DNA of 63,943 nucleotides, filler included, from Reticulomyxa filosa (taxonomy: Eukaryota > Protista > Foraminifera): assembly GCA_000512085.1 (NCBI GenBank). It is 21 parts of 21 records of this genome, joined end to end, with 100 filler letters (N's around TTAATTAATTAA, not from the genome) between each part and the next. Parts side by side here need not be neighbours in the genome. Positions count along the whole stretch, not along the records: positions 50,774 to 51,794 come from ASPP01028194.1; positions 51,895 to 53,392 come from ASPP01038024.1; positions 53,493 to 55,471 come from ASPP01017545.1; positions 55,572 to 56,571 come from ASPP01047082.1; positions 56,672 to 60,815 come from ASPP01008042.1; positions 60,916 to 63,943 come from ASPP01038635.1; 15 more parts are not named here. One strand, written 5' to 3'. Both the position numbers and the translations under genes were made by a program. Numbering within the stretch: position 1 is the first letter of the stretch; each line of letters opens with the position of its first letter. The notes under the pieces are model-generated. The model searched no databases. It saw only the letters and a list, made by a program, of their open reading frames with translations, and was not told where the DNA came from. Shown one piece after another: positions 50,774 through 63,943 of the stretch.

Positions 50774-51794
50774 TGCATATGAAATGGCCGAAGGAATGGT
50801 ATCTTCGTTGAATCCACAAAATAATTTGCTTAATTCTTGGTTGGAAATGTCATATATTTTGCATAAATATTCTTGAACGGTTTCCGCTTTTTTAATAAGT
50901 AATGGTGGCAGCGATTTACGATAGGATATCCATTGCTTTTCAAATCGATTGAAAAATGCTTTTTCCATCTTTCCACATTAAACAAACATGAAAAAAAATA
51001 CAATCCTTTATTTATTTAGTTTTATTTGTATTATATTGTTATAACTGGATCATTGAAATCCTTTTCTTGAATAACGACAATACATTTGAAGCTATCAGAA
51101 ACATAACACTCTCTACTGCTGCTCTCCACAGACATTCTACAAGTGCGTTGGCCTGTTATCCATTTTTTTTGTCATTTAAAAAAGTTTACAAAAAATAAGA
51201 ATAAAAATAACCTTGATCATTGGTCAGATATCTTTGGTTGAGCATATCATATAGACATTCATGAATGGACTTCAAATTAAATAAAATCACTGTTTTCCCT
51301 GTTTCCATGCAATTGATGACTTTGTGTAAATGATCATAATTTGTGGTAGCAATCAGATCAGCTGGAAATCGACTTTCAAACAAAAAAACCACATCATGGT
51401 CTGGTAGTATATTACGGTCCAATAAAAGTTGCCAAGAATGTTGATTTTCACAAATCAACAAACAATGTCTACAATTCACATTGTCATTGAGATTGGCTCT
51501 GACACATTGCAAAGGTCCCCAGCAATTCATCTTTTCCAACACTTGTTCTTTTTGTAATCTCAATATCTCTTTCAAGAGATATCTCAATCTTTCTTGATAT
51601 TCCTTTCCTTTATAACCACCCAAATTCCTCATTATACCTTCGAAAGATTGACGAGGCTCTTCCTCTTTTTCTAAATAATATCGAATTAAGGCATAAAAAT
51701 CTCTGGTGCCTATCAAATTGGTTTCACCAAATGTGAGGGAATTCACTGTTTTGGTATCAGATAATTTTTTGAATACATCTACAAGTAATTCAAT
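50774..51794 (-). CDS. RNF213/mysterin-like AAA+ region, internal fragment
   Basis: GTRDFYALIR, MRNLGG, FESRFPAD, VINCMETGKTVILFNLKSIHECLYDMLNQRY, FKCIVV, FFNRFEKQ and FCGFNEDTIPS follow RNF213 motifs in the same order. Confidence 0.85.
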
Positions 51795-53194
51795 NNNNNN
51801 NNNNNNNNNNNNNNNNNNNNNNNNNNNNNNNNNNNNNNTTAATTAATTAANNNNNNNNNNNNNNNNNNNNNNNNNNNNNNNNNNNNNNNNNNNNAAAAGA
51901 AAAACAAAAGTTATTTCAATTTAAATTGAGATTTACTTGAAGAAACTTGACAATTATTCAAATCCTTCTCTTGGTATCGATTACAAACTTGGATCACAAC
52001 TTTGATCCTGACATCTGGTTTCCACGATCGATCCCCAATAATGAATTGTTTCATTAAAAAAAAAAAATATATGTCCCCTTGCATCATCATTGACTGACTA
52101 AAGGTCAACAGGGGTAAATGCCGGCGCAAAAGGGAGTGGCAGAAATGCCAAAATAATTCCCCTCATCGCGGCTAGGCATCTCATTAACATGCACTGATGC
52201 CGAATGCGCTCGCGCCAAAAGTACGCGAATGCTCCGAGCATGGCCCGGAAAGCAACAAGAAAGAATGCTTCAACAAATTTTATGTTTGTTTTATTTTATT
52301 TTGATTGCAATAGTCTAGTTTAATTTTGCTAGTGGTGGTGACTGATATTGTTGATTTTTATACATTTTAATTTGATTGATATTTACCTTCGAAACATATA
52401 ACACCATAATTTGCTGAAGTCTCGTAGAATCTGAGTGATTACAAATGTTTTATTGGTTAAATTGACATCATTTTGAATTGTATAAAATGTTGCACTGTAT
52501 ATTTTCACCAAAACAAATTTTAAAGTAAAATTATTGCCTCAATGTTGAAGCATAAATGTTATTTGTTAGAAACAAAGACAAAGAAAATACTTTCAAAGAA
52601 ATTTTAACTAGTAAATTTTTTTTTATCGTGATAAAAATTTTTTTTACTAGTCAGATATCTGATATTGCGATTTTGCGCGAGATCAGATATATACAAGATA
52701 CAAACGAAACATCCAAAATGAACAGTCGAAACAAAATAATGTCAACAAGAAAGAATGGTGAACAAAATTGAGCCATTTTTCTATTTTTTGTTTTAGTTTG
52801 CTTTAATTTGTTAAAAGAGTTGAATTGAATCTCAATATTTCACTGAGACTTCAACACTTCGAAAACAAGGTTCAGAGGATTCGGTTGAGCATTAGCATTG
52901 TTATTGTAATTCCCCCTGACCAGAGCCAAACTTGTTTTCACAACTGTTGATTGATCTCGCCGTACAACTTTGAGATTTTTTTTTGAATATTTTAAAGATT
53001 AAATTAAAACTTAAAATTTTTTTTTTTCATTTGTTGATTGTGTGTGAGTTTTTGATATGTTTTATTGATCTTTTCCTTTTTTTGTTTGTTATAATTAGAG
53101 TACTGTGTTCAACTTTGAGTGAGGTGCTTGTTTTACAATATTTTGCCTTTCTGTCAATTTAATAAATTCATCTAAAAAAAAAAATTGTTTCATA

Positions 53195-53392
53195 ATTGCA
53201 ATTTATAGATATCAGAATCCCATTTGTTGAACATCGAATTAATCACGAATTTGCAATCAGTGAGAATAATCACTCTTCCACAATGTGATCTATAATGATT
53301 ACTCACATATTCCAATTCTTTTTTTTTTTTTTAGGATATTAAACAAATAATCATTCAATCCAATTTTGCCAGTGATCAACCGACAAATGATC
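53195..53392 (-). mobile_element. LINE ORF2 fragments (post-RNase H segment and RNase H segment)
   Basis: IICRLITGKIGLNDYLFNI, then a poly-A run, then RVIILTDCKFVINSMFNK; homologous to 55260-55340. Confidence 0.6.
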
Positions 53393-53492
53393 NNNNNNNN
53401 NNNNNNNNNNNNNNNNNNNNNNNNNNNNNNNNNNNNTTAATTAATTAANNNNNNNNNNNNNNNNNNNNNNNNNNNNNNNNNNNNNNNNNNNN

Positions 53493-54760
53493 TCCAGTAT
53501 TGAATTTCATCCATTCTGAATGAATTCCATTCAATACCACCCTTCCAAGTCGATCCAATAAGAAGCTTTCAATCCACCAATATAATCTTCGATCTAATTT
53601 AAATTCATTTCTCATTTTATATCTCAATCCATTTCTCCAAACACTATCATATGCTACAGAGATATCCAATAACACTACATACGAGACTGGATTACAATCG
53701 AATGACTTGTGGATCGTCTCAGTCAATCTCAATAACAATTCGTCTGTGTGCCAAGACTGGAATCCTGCTTGTGTTTGATTTAATAACTGCTTTTCATTCA
53801 ACCAACACATTAATCTCCTTGTGATGATTCTTTCCATCAATTTACCAACATTTGATAACAATGCAATCGGTCGATGATTCTTGCACTGATTATGATCTCT
53901 GTCAGGCTTATGAATATGCATAATGTTTGCCTTTTTCCACGCAATAGGTATATATCCCATTCGGAAACTCCGTCCAAATAAGAATAACAGTGAATCAATC
54001 ATTGCATTGCTACCATTCTTAAGCATTTGATTATGAATGTTATCAGGACCTGAGCCTTGTACGTGGACAAATGTCTCAATGCCTCAATAACTTCCTCTCT
54101 TGTAATATCGCTTTGATAGATATCAAATGAACAAACATAATTATCATCCAATTCCAATAGTTTGTATATTGCCACTTTAAATTTAATTTTATCTTCAACC
54201 ATTTCATAATGCTTTTCATCAACATCTTTTGAAGGCTGCGGTTCTGCAAATGTCATTGCCAAAAGATAAGCTTTATCAGAATCAGACCTTGCAACTGAAT
54301 TTGTTTCTTTATTCACCAATGCTGGAATAATACATATCTTGTTGGTGTTTAATGCCTTGAATTTCATGGATAAATTCTTGTATTACTTTCATGTAAGGAA
54401 TCAATGCTTTTAATCATATGTTGATGCTTTTCTAATTGCTTGGCAGCTATCTTATACATTATCAGATTCCTTGGTGTTCTTTGCTTACGAAATTTTTCTT
54501 TGATTTTTGAACTCTCTTTCGTAATCGACTTAGAATGTCCTCCACCATAGCTTATTGCCTTTCCATATCGTCCTGATACCAATTGTTGCCTCTCATGCAT
54601 CAATAATATATTTGGTCTAAGATTCAACTATTTTGTAATGTCTCTGTGTTATCCAATACAATAAGATCAATAGATTGCATCCAATTGTCAATGTTTCTTT
54701 TTAATATCATCTAAATTGTTCCCATTTGTTGCTCCTCAGATTCCAAGTCTCAATCTTTTA
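53493..54760 (-). mobile_element. Decayed non-LTR (LINE) retrotransposon reverse transcriptase
   Basis: KAQGPDNI (across a frameshift), WKKANI, HRPIALLSNVGKLMERII, QAGF, LLDISVAYDSVW, WIESFLLDR; broken into three ORFs. Confidence 0.92.
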
Positions 54761-55259
54761 TCGTTCAATTTTTTTTTTAAACAATAGCTAGAAAGTCAAA
54801 TATTACTTTCCAAGTTAAAAAAGAAGCACCTCGTCAAAAAATTGACACAGTACTTCGTTAAAAAAACAAAACATTTTCAACATTGCAATTTTGTGGTAAA
54901 ATTGTAAAACAAAATAAAAGAAAGTATTTTTACTTTGAAATTTGAATAGATATATTGGTCAGGTCAGCTGCAAGTTGTGATTGTTGGTTAACTAACATCG
55001 TATGCAAAGCCTTTATCTCTAATCAAATCTCATTTCAAAATCCAAATTAATTAAAATGTTTACACAAAACACACAATATGCAACTATAATATCAAAAACT
55101 CTTCACTGACAACAAAATAAAATAACAAAAAATCTTTTATTTAAGAAAAGTTAAAACGAAAATTAAAAAGTATTAAAAAAAAATTTATTCTCGATCTCCC
55201 TTGTGCGACCAATATTAGATCTTAAATTGAAGCAATGATACTTGCATTGATATATGTCG

Positions 55260-55340
55260 TAATCATATATATTCCATTATTGAAGAGTGATTATCCTGAC
55301 TGATTGCAAGTTCGTGATTAATGCAATATTCAACAAACGG
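55260..55340 (+). mobile_element. RNase H fragment of the LINE family
   Basis: RVIILTDCKFVINAIFNK; near reverse-complement copy of about 53216-53290. Confidence 0.6.
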
Positions 55341-57358
55341 GAACGGGCGGTGGGTGTAGACTTCCGTGGGGAGATAGCATCTCTTCTGTGGATTTCCTGC
55401 GCTGCGTCCACTCGGACACAACCTCTTTGGCCTGGACCTCTTGCGCTGTAACAAGCTTCGGATGCAAGCGANNNNNNNNNNNNNNNNNNNNNNNNNNNNN
55501 NNNNNNNNNNNNNNNTTAATTAATTAANNNNNNNNNNNNNNNNNNNNNNNNNNNNNNNNNNNNNNNNNNNNTCTGTGTTATGGATCATACAATGGCTATA
55601 TTCGTATTTGAGGAACATATTTCCTTTCAATCTTTCAGAAAGCTAGTTCTTTTTAAATCTTTTAAAAATTATAATTTAAATGAATGAATATTATTTACTT
55701 TTATTCACACAGCAGTTCAGAGATATGTCTCCAATTGCTGTTATCTTTGACCGACTTTTAAGTTGCAGGATTACCTTTCAAAAGGTAAGAAAGCGAGCAT
55801 TGCCTAACTAACAAGAAAAATAAGCTGTGCTCATTCTTTGAAACAAAAAGAAAATGTGTTTTGAGTTGGAGATAGATATACACGTCATTGGCACGTTGTC
55901 TCAAAATGTATGTCTATGTATGTTTTTTGCTTTCGCAATTTCAAAGAACGTGCAAAAGATACTATATCAATAACTGTAGAAAATCCTTGCGGTGGCAAGG
56001 GAACAAAATTATTTGTTACATAATATTTCAATGTGCACTCAGTATTTACTTCAATATATGGTGTTGTATTTTTGTTTGAAAAGATTGATTTATACTTAGT
56101 TTGCATATATATGTGGACTGCGTCTGATTTTACAAATAAAAAAAATTATTAGTAACAATATTGATCATCCTAAGTATCAATAAAGAAATAAATTTTTAAT
56201 GAACACAGATAATTCAACTTTCTTTAAATTGTGTCATTCTATTCAATGAAAATCGAAATGTAAAAACATAACTTGAAATGTTTATTTGTAGTACTGATTT
56301 TGTACCACAAGTTAATGTGTTTTCTAGTCAAACACATTATTTTCATTTAATACAAATCTGTTCCATAAACAGTATCAAAATGTCCTTTTAAAATTATAAT
56401 TTATTTTCATTGGCATCATATTTTTTTCATTGATAAGACTAGTTGTTTTTCTGTAAACTGTAAAATATGTTTCATTTGTATTTATTACGTAAAACAAAAA
56501 AAAATGAAAATGATATATACCTTTACTAGCAAATTAACTTGTATATCCAATTATGATTCATTATCTCCAAANNNNNNNNNNNNNNNNNNNNNNNNNNNNN
56601 NNNNNNNNNNNNNNNTTAATTAATTAANNNNNNNNNNNNNNNNNNNNNNNNNNNNNNNNNNNNNNNNNNNNTTGTTAGTGCTATACTTTCAAAAAATACA
56701 ACGCACTTTTTTGCTTTGTATTTGTTCTTTTTTTTAACCCCATTGGCAACATGTCGTTGTTCGACGCACACAAAATAAAACACAGACACCAAAATTTCAT
56801 TACGTACATCCAGTCGCAATTATAACTATTTTGTTGTTGTAAAAACACATTCGCTATATGCTTATTTTTTTATTTTTGCTTCTCGTTTTCGTCTTCTGAG
56901 TTAATGATGAAAACCAACCGTAGTCGAGTTCATGGTTCGTACTTGTCGAACTTACTGCAGACGTTGTCGTGGTAATGTTTATATTCATTAGTGCACTAGT
57001 GTTATCAAGAATATAGTGGACTTATACAAGCGTCAACAAATATAAACATTTATTGATGATAGATTTTATTAATATTTCCTTTTTTTACCAACATTTTATG
57101 GATTTTTTCATTTGTTACAAATCATCGTCTAACCTTTTTAATTTAATTTTATGACTTTCTATTTTATCAGATGGATGACGTGTTTGAAAAAGATTGATTT
57201 CTTTTCGAAAAGAATGATGTTACGATCCTTTATAAAAGCAAAAGCTAGAATGTGAACAAAAATGTAATGAGTTGTAAAAATCTGGCATTAAAAAAGTGCA
57301 ATTTGCAAAATTGTTGTGTGCTTTGAAACAATAAACTAAAAATAAGAAAAAAGTTAGT

Positions 57359-60742
<3,384 letters not shown>

Positions 60743-60780
60743 CAGCAGCAGAGATTATTATATTTTGTTATTTATTATTA

Positions 60781-60815
<35 letters not shown>

Positions 60816-61099
60816 NNNNNNNNNNNNNNNNNNNNNNNNNNNNNNNNNNNNNNNNNNNNTTAATTAATTAANNNNNNNNNNNNNNNNNNNNNNNNNNNNN
60901 NNNNNNNNNNNNNNNGGCAAGCGTTAAATACTTGCAATTAAATATGCCATAAACTTGATGTTGTTTGATTTCATCTCATTCTTGCTCGCTGACATTACCA
61001 ATTGCTCCATAGATAGATATTGGAAGATCTATATGTTATATATATATGTTTTCACATTATTATAAAAAAAAAAGATAACATCAGCTCACCACTTTCAAA

Positions 61100-63250
61100 T
61101 TATTCATTTCTTTACATGATTCAATGTATTGGATATTTCCATAAGCAAAAATTCGACCATTGAGTTACCTTTGCTTTTATTATTTCCATGTACTGCAACA
61201 ATAATCGAACTTCTACTTCTGTTACCGTTGTTATCACTGCAGCATCAATAGCAATACAAACAGCAACAATTTATCCATCTGCAATCCACACTTCATGTAG
61301 TATACGTCCATTTGCATACCTATTCAAACATTTCAAATATACGTATAAAAATATTATTATGTCGAACGTGTACATAAAAAAACAAAACAAAACAAAACTT
61401 TTTTAAGTAATGGATCCAAGCACGATCATAGCATCAGGTAACATGAAAGAGGACAGGTGCACAAATGACAAAAGAATAACAGCAACTCTTGGATTCTCGT
61501 GTTCAAATGAGCGCTTTTGATTTCAACGACAATGCTTCCATCGAGTATTCCGTTATTTCGAGCGACTGAACGGACTTGGAGGAAGATGATATCATTAAAA
61601 TGCTCTGGTCCTCTAGAGCTACCGTTTTTCGAGTATCGGTCTTGTCAATAGCAGCCCTTCCACTTTTCGAATCCGAATGACTCGGTTTTTGGTAACCGAA
61701 TAACTTCATATAACAATTGCGATGTGTTTTAGAGAGAGATAGAGGGATTCGACATGCTGACACAAAATATTGTGCACGTTCCCACCCAGCAGGGCCCATT
61801 GCCACCAACCAATACACACATTGCCAATATCTAAACCTTTTGCCTTAATTCGCCAAATAATTTGCACGACGTTTGAATCGTCGATCCAATTATCGACTGG
61901 CAAGACAGGGCACGGTTGTTTGTCATAACCAATGGCACAGCACCAAATCAAAGTCGCTGAAATACATCAGTGGGCAACCAAATATTGGCCCGCACAACAC
62001 CATTCCAATGTCTTGAAACAATTGCCTAATAAATGAAAGAATATAGACCGCGTATCGTCATTGTCATCATTGGCACTGTGCTTAATATTGCCATACCTTC
62101 ATCAGTATCTTCCATGGGGGGCGCACTATGTGGATTTGTCCATGTCGAAGGATGCGCAAAGCCGCCACTTAGGAATGTGAATAGCAACTCCAGATAACCA
62201 AATTCAATAAAGTCGACAAACTGCTTTTTTTTTTTTTTTAATTCCAACGTGGTATGTCTTCCAAATACTTTTTCTTCTCTTTGTTATTATCTTATTCATC
62301 ATTCAAATTCTTGTTTGCTGGTGATCTTGATTTTCGCTTCGCGCAACTCCTTTACCAAATTACACCACGACATCGAGAGAATAGTTCCGTGTGATAGTGA
62401 CTTCACTCGACCGTCACATGTATGATCGTTTCATAACAACATCCACGTCATCTTCTTTGCTTTCTTTCACTTCTCGGTCAATCCATAGCCTCGCTGCTGC
62501 CGTTGAGATATCGCATAATATGATGATATCGCGCAAAATGGAAACAATGTACGATATATATATATTTTTTTTCTTCTCAGCAATCTTGCTTTTGTGGTCG
62601 GGCAGCACCACAAGATACATATTATCCCGCGATTGCACTTCCAACGCATAATATAGTGAATATTTTCTAAAGGCGAAGTTCATTCGGCTATTGTCGCACT
62701 TGTGATGATGAGACTACACTTTGCCTTGTCGAATGGACGTATGTTGATGGATGCAAGAATTTCCAAGAACGACCATTATCCAACTTTTGCATTGGCAATT
62801 CAATGAGTGATGGGGAGTGATATTCTTATTTTTTTTCCCCCATTATTGGACGTGTTCAATGAACTTCTTGCTTTCTTGCTGCCTTTGCTTGCCATAATTC
62901 AACGGCATTATCGAGTATGCCAAAGGTACCCACGTGATTTACAATTCAAATCAGATTGACTTGAATCCAATTACAAACAAATACAAATTGACGATTTGCA
63001 CTTCATCGTCATAGCCAACAAGTCTATAATCGATCCCAGAGACAATTCATCAAAGATTAATTAGCGCTTGTTCGATAAACGCAAAAAGATACTCAATTCT
63101 TTCTGTCTATCGCGAGCACACGATACCTACCCATCAGCGTACGCACTATCCAAAATATAAAGTTGCGCAGATTCGCAGGCAATCAGTTTCAACATGAGCA
63201 ATCAATATCTGCGTTTTGACTATTGTCATATCTATCTTCACATTGAACCG
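61100..63250 (-). pseudogene. Degraded coding-like sequence of unknown family
   Basis: GC-richer than its flanks, with overlapping short minus-strand ORFs (61503, 61706, 62026, 62414) in shifting frames and intron-like AT segments. Confidence 0.35.
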
Positions 63251-63943
63251 ACGATCGATGATCTGGCTAGTGCAACTCAACTACTTGTGACTATGTCATC
63301 ATTGATCGATTTGGATTAACTATCGAAAAGGTATTTTTTGTAACGTACAAATTATGTATACATACATATGTATATGTATGTTTAAATATGTGTGATCTTG
63401 CTAAATCAAGCAAAAATGATTGGCGTGAAAGATAGAAAAAACAAAAACGCAATAAAAACTTGAAATATATCATCTATCATACTGTTTGCTTAGTTTTTTC
63501 GAGGCTGGAAAATTTTGAAATCGATCTGGTGAAATATATTAGTCATTGTTGCAATGCGTGCGTTAAAGCCTTTGAAGGAAATGAAAAAAAAAGTTAATGA
63601 GCTGCTCCATCAATCGCAGTACTTGGGATTAGGAGCCGTTGAAAATGCTCGACTCAGGATGTACTGCTTGCATTGTCCATTCTCCTCGCATATTTCATTC
63701 GTGGAGTTTGTCTGACTTGAGTCTTTGCTTCGCAAGAGCAAATGGGTATGCAAACACGATTGTTACTCATGGTCTTGATTTTTCGAAAAGCACTAAGTTC
63801 TTTTTTTTTTTTTTTTAAACGTATACATATAACACCAATCCCGCAAACCAAACAGACAAAAATAAATAAATAAAGTATACATATTAATACTTACCTTTTT
63901 TGTTTTGACTTTTTTTAAAATTAATTTTTTTTTTTTTTTTTTT

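Noticed and set aside
24482-51794. An immune gene cluster (protease, TPR, caspase-TPR, RNF213)
   Set aside because: The genes sit on separate contigs, so adjacency carries no linkage information. Only the functional theme is retained, as inference.
52120-52258. SRP RNA call from the GCCGGCGC start and GGCCCGGAAAGCAAC
   Set aside because: The resemblance to helix 8 is incomplete and the tetraloop stem cannot close. Kept only as an unassigned structured island.

Overview
This is not one locus. It is 21 short, AT-rich eukaryotic contigs joined by 20 artificial 100-bp linkers (N44-TTAATTAATTAA-N44). Gene content and intron style suggest a foraminiferan (Rhizaria) draft genome, most like Reticulomyxa filosa; this is an inference from short GT-AG introns with poly-A/T tracts, a divergent alpha-tubulin, and 42-aa TPR, WD40, kelch and RGS families. 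Recognisable genes: divergent alpha-tubulin, two-pore channel, PRP16/DHX38, CLC C-terminus, HSPA12-like Hsp70, RNF213-like AAA+ fragment, probable ZIP4/TEX11, RGS, ankyrin, WD40, kelch and TPR proteins, plus Tc1/mariner and LINE remnants. The best candidate for an undescribed system is a receptor-like fusion of a small N-terminal domain, a caspase-fold domain lacking both catalytic residues, a beta-rich linker and a TPR array (42912-45661). It may belong, with a shuffled 126-bp TPR array, an RNF213-like fragment and a CE-clan-like protease relic, to a protist innate-immunity toolkit, but these genes lie on unlinked contigs. Other highlights: a QALGGH zinc finger-HTH-SNF5-like fusion, an unusual TPC selectivity filter, a 61-bp-arm hairpin, and a C-terminal motif shared by two coiled-coil proteins. 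Several single-base frameshifts, including one in the essential PRP16, are most likely sequencing errors. All domain calls are by eye; no searches were run.
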